Assembly: GCA_963845065.1 (NCBI GenBank)
Contig: CAWJQQ010000009.1
Coordinates: 640,001 to 704,000 of the forward strand
Direction of reading: 5' to 3'
DNA length: 64,000 bases
Origin: Nitrospirota bacterium
GTDB lineage: Bacteria > Nitrospirota > UBA9217
This document shows positions 11,056-21,442 of the stretch, in pieces. The notes under the pieces are model-generated. The model did not search any database and was not told where the DNA came from. It saw nothing but the letters and a program-made list of their open reading frames with translations. The stretch's first letter is position 1. Each line of letters begins with the position of its first letter. The translations under genes and the position numbers were made by a program.

Positions 11056-11555
11056 TCGTTCTTTCCACTCTCGTCGGTCGCAATCGGGATCCCCAGAATC
11101 GCCGATATTTTTTTTTGAACATCGATGATGATTTCGGCCTGCCTGAGGCGATTGGTAAGCCGGTCATTCTCCTTGCGGAGTTTCTCGTTCTCTACCCGCA
11201 AAGGATTCCGGACGGTTTCCTTTCGTCCCCGTTTTTTGGGCGCGAGGCCGGATAGTACGCCGCGATCGCGCTGACCTCGCCAAGTGTTGAGATTTGATGC
11301 ATAGAGTCCTTCACGGCGCAGGAGCTCACCAAGGCACCCAGGCTCATTGCAGGCATCGGCCAGTGTCAGAACGCGCAGCTTATATTCAGCCGTAAAACGT
11401 CGCCGGGCGGCTTTAACCGGAACTTCTGGATCAGGTGGGGCCGCAGCAGCACCATGAAGCAAACTGACTTCTTTAGGTGCTCCTCCCCAGGGAACCTCAG
11501 TCGCCCTACGGGCTCCTTCGTTTCCCTGGGATGCTTTGATCTTTGATGCTACCAT
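11052..11555 (-). CDS. IS3-family transposase OrfA (HTH + coiled coil)
   Basis: RRRFTAEYKLRVL...LLRREGLY..WR; A8 run (VQKKI) near the 3' end. Confidence 0.9.
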   Translation of the reverse strand: MVASKIKASQGNEGARRATEVPWGGAPKEVSLLHGAAAAPPDPEVPVKAARRRFTAEYKLRVLTLADACNEPGCLGELLRREGLYASNLNTWRGQRDRGVLSGLAPKKRGRKETVRNPLRVENEKLRKENDRLTNRLRQAEIIIDVQKKISAILGIPIATDESGKNE

Positions 11556-11895
11556 ATAGATTTCTCCTCCCCGCCCTCTACTCTAATTTACCACAGGGGA
11601 GGTGTCTCAGTTATATTGACACAGAGGGAAGACAAGATTGGGACCATGATGCCCTGCAATGTCATCGTGCAGGAAATAGCGAGTGTGGGCGTGGAGATTT
11701 CGGTAATTGACCCGGTTGTTTCCCTGCAGGCCATCAATAACTCGAAAATCGACGAGATCGCTAGGCAGGTCAGGGATATGCTCAGGGCTGTCATCGAAAG
11801 GCTGTAATTAAGAAGAATTTATTGCATCAAATGAGGCCACTTTTATTCATAGATACTGCTTAAAGAGTCGCTACTAAATCTACTCTCATCTACTC

Positions 11896-12190
11896 TCACA
11901 GTCTTATTAACTTGTGTAGTGCGTCCAACGCTTCCTTACATTTGGCGACCTTGGACAAAATCTGTGCCACGGGTGCCGACCACACAAACACCTGCGAATT
12001 TTGGTTATGATTGTTGATGTAGCCCTTGATAGTTTCTATTAACGCCGGCACATTCCGAAACGTTCCACCACGGATGCGTTTGTCGGTAATCTCTCGGAAC
12101 CACAGCTCAACCATGTTCAGCCAAGAGCTGGATGTCGGGATAAAGTGCAAATAGAATCATGCATGTCGTTTGAGCCACGTCTTCACGTTA
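11896..12190 (-). pseudogene. IS630-family transposase C-terminal fragment
   Basis: HFIPTSSSWLNMVELWF...IRGGTF..V..L motif. Confidence 0.85.
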
Positions 12191-12532
12191 AACATTTCGA
12201 ACGACGTACAATTTGCTGAAACAGACGATTAGTAACACTCACGGGTCCTGTTTGGAAGAATGTTGCACCACAAGAACTACGCCTTTCGCGCAGAGTACGA
12301 TACCTATTATATTAAGTAGTCCGTTATGTGAAGTAACCGGCCCGGGCATAGGATATACAATAAATTCCGAGCGATCGCATAACGGCTGAACTCACATGAT
12401 GACAGTGAACTTTATACTTCTATCATCGATTTATCGTCGCATAGAAACGGTTTTGTAAAAGGCCTTGAATTTGAAACCTTAAATATCTATTCCTCATGCG
12501 AACCTCTTCTAAGCATCTCGGCTTATCTTCTC

Positions 12533-13096
12533 CTATTTGCCGTTTCCAGAGCCACCGGAACCACCAGAGGCTTCTATCGCTCGCTCGACATCCGGGTCCA
12601 GTTTGATGTACACTCTAGCCTTGCCATCACGCAGCGAGTAGGAGATCAACATGATATCGGACTTGCCGAATTCCCAAGGAAGGTATAGGGGACGCACTTC
12701 GTAACCGATAGTCCCACCGCTGTCGTCGGGAATCCTCTCGAGCTTCGTCTGCCAGAGGCGGTAAGTAGTACACTTGAGGAATGAATTGGCCTCCTTGAGC
12801 GCCTGTTGGGCCGGAACATTCGCCTTTACCTTGTAAGAGGTGTCGAGATCAAATATCTCCAAAGGGTATTTGCTTGAGTCGCTCACGAGGAAGGCTACGT
12901 TCTGTGCATCATCAGGATAGTGGCACCCATAGAGCAGCAGCGTATAGGTTCCCGTCACTGCCGCCGGATCTGCTGCCGATGTCGTGAGTTGTATTCCAGT
13001 CATGCAACTGGTTAGTGCAGCGGCAAAGATTAAGCATGCCGCAGCGCTTAATACTCTTTTACTGCTTTTCATGTGCACCATTCTCCTTTCCTTCAC
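12533..13096 (-). CDS. Hypothetical lipoprotein
   Basis: Lipobox-like ALTSC after a hydrophobic stretch; GAAAGGAG RBS. Confidence 0.7.
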   Translation of the reverse strand: MKERRMVHMKSSKRVLSAAACLIFAAALTSCMTGIQLTTSAADPAAVTGTYTLLLYGCHYPDDAQNVAFLVSDSSKYPLEIFDLDTSYKVKANVPAQQALKEANSFLKCTTYRLWQTKLERIPDDSGGTIGYEVRPLYLPWEFGKSDIMLISYSLRDGKARVYIKLDPDVERAIEASGGSGGSGNGK

Positions 13097-13498
13097 ACTA
13101 AACAGTACCTTTTTTGGTTCATACCAATCATACTATATAGTATAAAGCTTTTTTGAATATTGTGCGCTTTGGGGTGGATCCGCCTAGAAAGGGTTGATAA
13201 CAGCGCATGTTAATATTTATATTTGATCATTTCTGTCTATAATAAGCTTCAAATATATATTTTGGACAAGATAAGTTGTTGATTTGTAAAGATAACTAAA
13301 ATGTTGATTGAAAACAGGCTTCGAAGCAGCGCTATATGCTGTCAAAACGCGAGAATTCGTAGGTGCCTACGGTTTTTCCTACAGAATTCATTTGCAAGGC
13401 CGCTAATAGCTGCTTTTATCATTTTTTGGAATGCTCGCAGTTTGAGATCTATTGCCCATAGCATAAAAATGCTGACCAAGATAAAGCCTATTTTGGAC

Positions 13499-14822
13499 CA
13501 GCATTGTCCGGTTAGCAAATTGCATTTTGTAGGAGGCGATTAAACAGTACAAAAATCCATCGCTCGGCCACTATTTTCTTGACTTTCTGAGAAACGCGCA
13601 CAGAAAAATTTTCGTAAATACCTTTAACTGCAAGGAGTTACGAAAATGCCCTATGTGCTCGATCCGAGAAACAAAACAGGTAAACGAACCTCTTTCTGCC
13701 TGCTGCTTAAACCGTTGGAAGCTATAACGCGTGAAATAACGTTACTTAAAGCGCGCGGGAACAGGCCACTGCAAATGGAATTTGAAGATCAACTAAAGGC
13801 CCTAATTTACTTTCACCTTGAGGAACACACATCGGGTCGCCACCTGTTGCAAGTCCTCGAAGAGGACGCTTTTGCTCGTGAGACGGTGGCGCCTAAAGCC
13901 GGAATCAAAAAAAGTAGCTTTTTTGAAGCCATAAACTCAAGAGGCCTCGAGCAGTTTAGGGAAGTATTCCAATCGCTCCAAGCCAGCGCCACAACGATAC
14001 TTCCGAAAGAATTCGACAATCTCGGAGACCTTGTCGCCATTGATGGATCTTTAATAGATGCGGTCCTTTCCATGTACTGGGCCGATTACCGGAAGGGTTC
14101 CAAGAAGGCCAAGGCACATGTAGGATTCGACATCAACCGCGGCATTCCAAAAAAGATATATTTCACTGACGGCAAAGGAGATGAACGTCAATTTGTAAGC
14201 CGTATCATCTCTCCTGGCCAGACCAGTGTTCTTGACCGTTACTATCAATGCCACAAGAACTTTGATCGTTGGCAGAAACAGGAAAAGCACTTTGTATGCC
14301 GGATCAAGGAAAACACGATCATTAGCATTGTCAGTGCTAATGCTATTAAACCCGAAAGCATCGTCTTCTATGATTCCATGGTGCTGCTCGGCACCAAAGG
14401 AGTGAACCAAACAGAAAAGGAACTTCGCGTTGTCGGTTACCGTGTCGCGAATAAGGAATACTGGGTTGCCACAGACCGCTATGATCTTTCGGCCGAGGAG
14501 GTTGCACTGGTTTACAAGCTCCGCTGGAACATAGAGACCTTTTTCGGCTGGTGGAAACGCCACTTAAAAGTTTATCATCTGATTGCCAGAAGCGAGCATG
14601 GGCTCATGGTCCAAATATTTGCAGGACTCATAACATATCTGCTCCTTGCTATTTACTGCCACGAGCAGCACAATGAAAAAGTCAGCATAAAGCGTGTCAG
14701 AGAGCTGCGATGCAAAATAAAGAATGAAGAAAGTATGTTTGAAAACAAGCCGCCTGACCTTGATTGCAATAAACAAACTACAGAAGGCGGTCTATATGCA
14801 AATGTGTAACCGGACAATGCTG
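13499..14822 (+). mobile_element. IS4-family insertion sequence
   Basis: Perfect 16-bp IR CAGCATTGTCCGGTTA; 9-bp TSD ATTTTGGAC (13490-13498, 14823-14831). Confidence 0.95.
13646..14809 (+). CDS. IS4-family transposase
   Basis: AIDGS, LDRYY, YKLRWNIETFFGWWK (YREK motif). Confidence 0.95.
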   Translation: MPYVLDPRNKTGKRTSFCLLLKPLEAITREITLLKARGNRPLQMEFEDQLKALIYFHLEEHTSGRHLLQVLEEDAFARETVAPKAGIKKSSFFEAINSRGLEQFREVFQSLQASATTILPKEFDNLGDLVAIDGSLIDAVLSMYWADYRKGSKKAKAHVGFDINRGIPKKIYFTDGKGDERQFVSRIISPGQTSVLDRYYQCHKNFDRWQKQEKHFVCRIKENTIISIVSANAIKPESIVFYDSMVLLGTKGVNQTEKELRVVGYRVANKEYWVATDRYDLSAEEVALVYKLRWNIETFFGWWKRHLKVYHLIARSEHGLMVQIFAGLITYLLLAIYCHEQHNEKVSIKRVRELRCKIKNEESMFENKPPDLDCNKQTTEGGLYANV

Positions 14823-14853
14823 ATTTTGGACAAAAGTAGATAAATGTATATTG

Positions 14854-15579
14854 TCATTTAACATTTTCCGCGCCTTCACCGGTACTTTTATTATTTTTTT
14901 TAAAGCAGTCTATGAAACTTATAAGCAGTGACCTGTCCTGATCCATTAATTCTGAGTATTCCACCCCTATGTCATAATTTAAAGTCACCTTGCTTTGCGT
15001 CCTGCGACACGAAACAATTTTCCCTATAAAACTTACGGAATCACCAGCATTGAACGATAGTTCCATGAGAACCATGCTGCCCATCTTCAATTTATGATTA
15101 GTTTGAATAATTACGCCATTTTGGCTAATATCTTTTATATCGAACTGCGTCGACAGATTCAGAACTTTTTCGTTGGGCGTTGTGATGGAAAACCGGATGT
15201 CGCGATAGAACCAGCCTGTTTGCTCTGTCACTTGTGTTTTCTTGCTATTCTCAATTGAATCCAAAAATTTTTTAACCTTACCTGTTGATTCATCTTTAAA
15301 CGATATCCCTGCCGAATAAACATTGACCTTTCCTTCATCAACTCTTTCTTCAATTCCGCTTAATTCAGAACGAACTATTATTCCCCTTATTTCAATATGT
15401 TTACCTTCGTAACCTATTATCAGCAAATACTCTTTGCCTATATTTAGTTTCCTGTCTGCTTTTATCGCGACTCCGCCTAAACTTATGTTAATAATTTCTA
15501 CTTTGCCAATTAAGCTGATCTTGCTGTTCAGATCGATTAAATCCAATTTGAATCTCTTGTAGCGCCTCATATTTAGCAT
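14854..15579 (-). CDS. Tandem PilZ-domain protein
   Basis: RRYKRF..NISLGG and RDIRF..DISQNG c-di-GMP-binding motifs. Confidence 0.85.
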   Translation of the reverse strand: MLNMRRYKRFKLDLIDLNSKISLIGKVEIINISLGGVAIKADRKLNIGKEYLLIIGYEGKHIEIRGIIVRSELSGIEERVDEGKVNVYSAGISFKDESTGKVKKFLDSIENSKKTQVTEQTGWFYRDIRFSITTPNEKVLNLSTQFDIKDISQNGVIIQTNHKLKMGSMVLMELSFNAGDSVSFIGKIVSCRRTQSKVTLNYDIGVEYSELMDQDRSLLISFIDCFKKNNKSTGEGAENVK

Positions 15580-15582
15580 TCT

Positions 15583-15771
15583 CTAACTCCAATTGATATA
15601 TACTCTGTTAACGGAAGTTCCCTGTGAGACCTCAGCAAAAGACACTATTTGAACCAGTTGCTCGTTTTCAATATTAAAGAATTTGAGTCCCATACCAATA
15701 CCGTCGTGAGTATGCTGAGCTCGGTCCTGGACGTTTATAAAACCATTATTAAGCGGCAGGATACCATTTAC
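15583..15771 (-). pseudogene. PilZ-like domain C-terminal fragment truncated at an IS605-type left end
   Basis: GIGMGLKF motif; ORF begins at the element junction. Confidence 0.55.
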
Positions 15772-15983
15772 CAAATCACCCGCAGAAAGCCCCTAGTTTT
15801 AACCATGGGGATGAATGCGGGGACTTAACTTCTCGACAATTGATAAGCAAATGTTCATCTATGTGGTATATAGGTCCTCTCAAAACTTATAAAAAGTGCT
15901 ATACAAATAAAATTAGTTAAGTTTACTAAATATGGCCTTGCCTGTCAAGATTTATCTTACGCGCCGTAAGACCCCGTCCGTGA

Positions 15984-17222
15984 CAGGCTGTCCGACAATT
16001 CGTATTTGATATGGTAGAATAGGATGAAATAAATCGGACAAGGAGAGCGGGAGATGACATACATACCCTCGCACAAAGACCAAGCGTGGTTATTACCACC
16101 GAGCATAGAGGGGTTGATTCCTGAGGACCATATCTGCTTTTTGGTAGAAAGCATTGTGGATAATCTTGATTACCAGGCATTCGACATCAAATACTCCGGC
16201 GCAGGACATCCTGCCTATCATCCAAGTATCCTGCTAAAGCTCTTGGTCATGGGAGTCCTGGACAGAGTGCGGTCTTCACGCCGTCTTGCCCGGAATGCCC
16301 GCGAAAACGTGGTGTACCTGTATTTATCCGAGAAGCTAACTCCTGATTTCAGGACGATTAGCGACTTTCGAAAGGACAACCCAGCTCTCGTAAAGGAAGT
16401 GTTTAAGCACACAGTAAGCTTTGCGAGGCAAGAAGGCCTTCTCGACCTGTCTCATCTTTCGACGGACGGGAGCAAGGTAAAAGCCAATGCATCGAACCAG
16501 AGAGTGATGAATAAGGATGAACTAAGAGTTTTGCTGAAATTTGTCGACGACGAGCTTGAGGAATGGTCAAGACAGGATAGCCGGGAAGACAGCGAGTTCG
16601 GCGACTTGCGGGGAAGCGATCAGTTGCTGCAACAGAGCAAGAAGACCATTCGGAAAGCGGCACAATATTACATCAAGAAGGTCCGTGAGAAAGGGCCGTC
16701 TTTTAAAGAAGAAGTACAAAATCGTCTTGAAAATGCCAAGAGGGAAGCAGACGACCAGAAGCTAAAGAAGGTCAGCATCACTGACCCGGAAAGCCGCTTT
16801 ATGAAGAACAAGAAAGGTCGGATCGAGCTATCCTATAGTCCTCAGATCACGGTAGACAAAGAAGGGTTCATCCTAGCGAATGACGTGACGCAGAGCCCCG
16901 TCGATACCGGGCAGCTGCAACCTCAGGTTTTCCAAACAGAAGAGAACGTGGGACGGATGCCTGAAGGTGTTGCCTGGAGTTTTGATGCGGCCTACTTTGA
17001 AGGCGCTAATATCAGGTTTCTGACAGACAGGAAGATCGATGGCTACATACCGGATAACAATGAAAAGAAAGGAGTAGCTCCCTTTGACAAGGAGCATTTT
17101 CAAGAAAGAAGGAGATGGAGATAAAATATCTCGTCAGATCCGGCTCCAATCGCCATTTCAGTTAGCTTATTAGTTTTGTTCTGAAGATATCCCCATAGAA
17201 CAATGAATTGTCGGACAGCCTG
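15984..17222 (+). mobile_element. IS1182-family insertion sequence, internally deleted
   Basis: 18-bp IR CAGGCTGTCCGACAATTC; 4-bp TSD GTGA. Confidence 0.9.
16054..17124 (+). pseudogene. IS1182-family transposase, C-terminally truncated
   Basis: GHPAYHP, PDFRTISDFR, DGSKVKANAS, SITDPESRFMK, DAAY; distal catalytic-Glu region missing. Confidence 0.85.
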
Positions 17223-17665
17223 GTGAGGCCGAGGAGGATGTCAATTACGGGAATATCGAGTAGAGTATTTGTCTGATATTAGAATTCATAAATAGTTTTG
17301 GGTTTTTTGTCGCGCATGATGGGCGAGCACATCGAGATTATGGTGGGGGAAAAATATTTTATATTTTGAAGGAAGGAAATGACCTCTTCGATTGGTAAAG
17401 GATGACTGAGAATATTGCCCCGCAGTTTATCACATTGGATGGACCACATAGAGGATTTATTATCTAAGCTTCAGATTATATCACCACGTGCAAATGTATC
17501 ATATACGGCGTCCACTTCACTTAGTTAATAAAATTATTCGAACTGTGCCTTCGACAACTGCTGAACGGATTTCGCAAATACTGATTATATTTTTTTTCTA
17601 GGAAACGTTTGAAATTATAAGCCTCATTTTGGACGCTGTCCGGAAGTTTGCCGATTTTTTTTTAT

Positions 17666-17802
17666 AAAACCTGTCCTTGAATACCCAGCAGTTCTACTGC
17701 TGGGATGAAAAGAACAATCCTGACGAAGTCAGGATAAGAATCTGATTGGTTTTAGGTTCTATCGGTTTTGATGCCCCGCAGCTCTGCTGCGGGGTAATTC
17801 AC
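17666..17802 (+). mobile_element. MITE: internal-deletion derivative of the IS200 at 58012-58570
   Basis: CCTTGAATACCCAGCAGTTCTACTGCTGGGATGAAAAG..TCCTGACGAAGTCAGGA joined directly to ATTGGTTTTAGGTTCTA..GATGCCCCGCAGCTCTGCTGCGGGGTAATTCAC. Confidence 0.9.
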
Positions 17803-17913
17803 TATATCATTGACGCTCATGCGCGAAGAACCACTCTGCTGAATTGTCAATGGTGCGAAGCAACTTTTGGACAATCAATAAATACTACACATGCACTTCA
17901 TTCAGTGCTGAAT

Positions 17914-18936
17914 TCAAGGAGAAACATTTTCTGTAAGTTCAACCTTTTTCCATGTTTTATCAGGGTCATACGCTGTAATAGCCTTTGCTATCTCTAACGT
18001 CTTGGGCCCAAGGTCCTTTTCATATACAACACCCTGTTGGTTAACAATAAAGGTCATGATCCCCGAGACACCGTACCCTGCAGGATATGCCACAAGGCCA
18101 AAACCTTTTACCATTTTGCCGTAGACTATGTAATCAAGTTCACCACCTGGAGCATTGCTGCCCTGACTTTTTAGGATCTTTAAAAAATACCCGTGGTAAG
18201 GTGCAGGTTTTTCTCCTTTTCTAAATCTGTATCCTTCTTCTGTTGCACGGGCAACTAGTGGTCCCAGAGGACTAATTTCCTCCCCAGAAGCGGCTTCCCA
18301 GTACAGCCCGTCCTTCTTGTCCTTCTGGCTCAGAAGATGTTGCGCGTATTGTAGTTCTGAGTTGCCATTGCGCTCCTTGCTGGCATACTCACGCTGGGCA
18401 TCCACATAAGCGAGAGAAACCTGGATGGTATTCAATTCGTTTCTGCCTATTCTCCGATTTATGATTTCTTCCTTGCCATCTTCTGTTGAAAAAATCCATC
18501 CCTGTCCTGACTTCACAATGGGAATTGGAAAGCACCATTCGTCCTTCCCAATTAATGCTAACAGTGTCTTGGCGTCAAATTTTGAAAATTTAACTCCTTC
18601 TGCCGCAGCCCTAGCAAAATGGTGACGGGCCTGCGTATCGGCAACGGCATCGCCAGAGGATATGACATCCTTGCTACCAGGCCCGAAAATGGCTAGTAAT
18701 TCTTTAGTATCATCATTCTTGTCTGCCTCCAAGAGTGCATTGAATGCGTCTTGGGGAGATTTGAACTCTCTTTGCCTTATATCTTGAGCAAAGGCGAGAA
18801 AACCAAAAGCCATTACTACAAGGATGATTATGAAAGTTGCTAACTCACGGCAAAAGAAAATGTTTTTTGGTTTTGTTACGCTTCTAAACATCATTCTTTC
18901 CTCCATAAATCGGCCAACTGATAATATTGCATTCAA
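17914..18936 (-). CDS. DUF2950-family exported protein
   Basis: EEIINRRIGRNE, YVDAQREYA, DGLYW, PYHGYFLKIL, YGVSGIMTFIVNQQGVVYEKDLG. Confidence 0.9.
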   Translation of the reverse strand: MNAILSVGRFMEERMMFRSVTKPKNIFFCRELATFIIILVVMAFGFLAFAQDIRQREFKSPQDAFNALLEADKNDDTKELLAIFGPGSKDVISSGDAVADTQARHHFARAAAEGVKFSKFDAKTLLALIGKDEWCFPIPIVKSGQGWIFSTEDGKEEIINRRIGRNELNTIQVSLAYVDAQREYASKERNGNSELQYAQHLLSQKDKKDGLYWEAASGEEISPLGPLVARATEEGYRFRKGEKPAPYHGYFLKILKSQGSNAPGGELDYIVYGKMVKGFGLVAYPAGYGVSGIMTFIVNQQGVVYEKDLGPKTLEIAKAITAYDPDKTWKKVELTENVSP

Positions 18937-18984
18937 AATTACCAGCCGACAGATGACGTCGACCCCCCGAGAGACTATATAGTC

Positions 18985-20022
18985 TCATCTACGCCCGCCA
19001 CCACCACCATGGTATCCTCCCCCGCCACCACCATGGTGTCCTCCCCCAACGGTGGAACCTCTAGCGGGGATTTGACCGGCATTGGAGCGGCTTTGGAATC
19101 CACGATTACTCGCAGCCCGCTCAAACCGGCTGTTAGTGGAGCCTTCAAAAGCACTTGAGCGCGTTGCAGCAGGAGGTCTTGACACAACACCATAGCCCCG
19201 GAATGGTCTATATGCTCCTGCCTTGTTAAGAATTGCCTGTGCGCCTCTCTGCGTAGAAGGACTGGCCCTTCGCGTATCTCTTGTTTCCGCGAAAGTTCCT
19301 CCACGAAATCTGTTTGTGGGATCTATACGCGACATCCTGCCCGTCCTAGGATCATGAAAATGATTGCTGATGTATCCTCCGTGATTGTGCTCATGATGAT
19401 GCCCATGCGATCTAATGTCAAAATCTACAAGAACAAAAAAACCCGGAAACCAGAAATCAGAACACCAAAAAGAATAAGGTACCCAAGTATATAGATATGC
19501 ATAATCAGGTGGTGGTGCGTAGTACGTCACAACGGGGGGGCCTTCAGTATCATAATAGCTGTTTATAGCTGAGGATTCAGGGTAATTCGTGCCGGGTGTC
19601 TCACCCGGCGATTGGTCCACAGCAGCACTTACGGACATATTATTTCCGTTTAAGACGTCCTGAAAAACTGACATGGCCGTATCTTTTCCCAAAGATAATT
19701 TGCCGGAATCAGCCGCAGCACTAAGTGAAGTTTGTAACTCTCCTACAATATCTGGCGTCACCGGATAATCGGCAATCCACCCATTCTGTGGCATTATGCC
19801 GAGAGAAGTCAATTTACTCTCGGCTTCGGTTTCACTCATCTGGGCCGTGCCAAGTTTAAGTCCTACTGCGAGATCGGTCGCAAAATCTCCTTCACGAATA
19901 AGTGGCTGTGCTATTGGCGGGTTTGCGCCCGTTGACTGTTCTGACTGTGCTATTACTGCAGAAGGGATCAATATCAAAATGCCTAGGATGAAAATAAACA
20001 CTCTGTTTGGTAAACTCCTCAT
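18985..20022 (-). CDS. Exported protein with a Pro/Tyr/Trp-rich core and Gly/Arg-rich tail
   Basis: Signal peptide; PPVVTYYAPPPDYAYLY.WVPY; GGGHHGGGGGGY tail; co-oriented with DUF2950. Confidence 0.75.
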   Translation of the reverse strand: MRSLPNRVFIFILGILILIPSAVIAQSEQSTGANPPIAQPLIREGDFATDLAVGLKLGTAQMSETEAESKLTSLGIMPQNGWIADYPVTPDIVGELQTSLSAAADSGKLSLGKDTAMSVFQDVLNGNNMSVSAAVDQSPGETPGTNYPESSAINSYYDTEGPPVVTYYAPPPDYAYLYTWVPYSFWCSDFWFPGFFVLVDFDIRSHGHHHEHNHGGYISNHFHDPRTGRMSRIDPTNRFRGGTFAETRDTRRASPSTQRGAQAILNKAGAYRPFRGYGVVSRPPAATRSSAFEGSTNSRFERAASNRGFQSRSNAGQIPARGSTVGGGHHGGGGGGYHGGGGGRR

Positions 20023-20901
20023 ATACCATTCTCCTTCCCCAACTAAACATAGTTATATTCTATCAAATAATATAATATCTGTGGCAATTACATGGGGCAT
20101 TTTACTGTTGGAGTTAGCAGAAGAAGAGAGCCTCCACGTACCAACGCGGTTATGGCCAGAAAATGAGCATGCTGAGCAACACATATTTAACCTGAATCCT
20201 GCGTGAAAAAAAATTGGAATGATAGCAACGATTGTAAATACACTCCTTCTTGCAATCAAAGATAATTGTCTAAAAAAAAATAATATTTTTGGACACTATA
20301 AATTCAAGCGGTTGGTCGAGGCTATGGCATTGCCCATTAGGCCAATTAATCGCTAGGAAAGATCTTCGATAGGTAAGAGACACCTATCCTTAATTAGAGA
20401 AGGCTGGATAGAATTCTTGGCTCTGGTTTGGTTATGCTCCTCGCTGCCTCTGCCGTTTGTCAGTTTATTCGAAAAACGAATAACATCCGTTCGATAATCA
20501 TATAATTTTCCAGTTTCACTCTCCTTTTATAGTCGATTCTGATGTTTCGCCAACGGTTTTAGCCGGACCTATCCCATTGATTTCCCGATGCTGATAAGCG
20601 GCCATTTCTCTAGTTTCATGCTATGGCATGGTAGATGCATACTTACTGGTAGAAAACGAAGCAAGATTCGAATCACGAAAAGGAGGCGGTTCATATGAGG
20701 ATGATCGGGATTTCCATATTATTTATCGTCTTATGGCTGGTAGTGTGCATGCCTGAACTTAACAGTGCTTTAGAATATTCGGGGTCAAGCTTGAAAATTG
20801 CCATTCTGCATTGGTAGGGAGATCGAGATCGGGAGATAGATAACGTTGGCGGTGCGCATCCTCATGTCAAAAAAAGGATAGCAGGAGATATACCGTATGA
20901 G

Positions 20902-21321
20902 CTAGAATTTGAACTGCAACAGTACTTCAAAATTCTTGATATCAGTCAAATTCTTGAAATCGGTTACCGGATTGGAGCTGAACTTGTCAGACAGTGATGC
21001 AATACTCCATGTGGTTTCACCACGATTGTAAAATGGTAAAGTGAAATGTTCGTGAAAGTATTTCGTAGCTAAATCTGTCGGCGAATCGGGAGAATTTGCT
21101 TGTGGCGCCCTTACGATGGTTTCGACTCCGAAATCTATGTGCACTCCTTGGGTATATTCACTCGTAGTATCCACCCACGCCGCTGTCGGTGTACTATTTA
21201 GTCCTGCAGTGGTATCGTATAGCTGTTTTGACTGGTCAGCTGCGGCGAAACCAAGAGACGCCGAAAAAATGATTAGTAAAAGAACTAGAAAAAATATTGG
21301 GAAACGAATGAAAGACATCAA
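20902..21321 (-). CDS. Exported hypothetical protein ending in Phe (possible outer-membrane signature)
   Basis: Signal peptide; C-terminal VLLQFKF. Confidence 0.6.
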   Translation of the reverse strand: MMSFIRFPIFFLVLLLIIFSASLGFAAADQSKQLYDTTAGLNSTPTAAWVDTTSEYTQGVHIDFGVETIVRAPQANSPDSPTDLATKYFHEHFTLPFYNRGETTWSIASLSDKFSSNPVTDFKNLTDIKNFEVLLQFKF

Positions 21322-21442
21322 GGTACTCCATTAATAAAGCCGACATATTCGACATATTAAGGATTAATTTTATAATATACACTCAATTTTTTAAAAAATC
21401 TATAAGAATTTACAATAAAATTTAAATAAATATAGAAGAACA

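Larger units (their letters stand above)
9996..11627 (-). mobile_element. IS3-family insertion sequence
   Basis: Subterminal IR TGTCAAT.....TGAGACACC at both ends; 3-bp TSD GAA; orfA/orfB overlapping at ATGA. Confidence 0.9.
9786..11807 (+). pseudogene. DUF302-family protein interrupted by an IS3-family element
   Basis: 9786-9995 + 11631-11807 join in frame to 128 aa: ...ILGACNPQYALKALEAEDKIGTMMPCNVIVQE... Confidence 0.9.
15772..17245 (+). mobile_element. Non-autonomous IS200/IS605-type element (left end plus a right-end hairpin interrupted by IS1182)
   Basis: TTTAC|CAAA..CCGCAGAAAGCCCCTAGTTTTAACCATGGGGATGAA matches the left end at 45181; GACCCCGTCC-GTGA-GGCCGAGGAGGATGTCA reconstituted after IS1182 removal. 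Confidence 0.65.
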
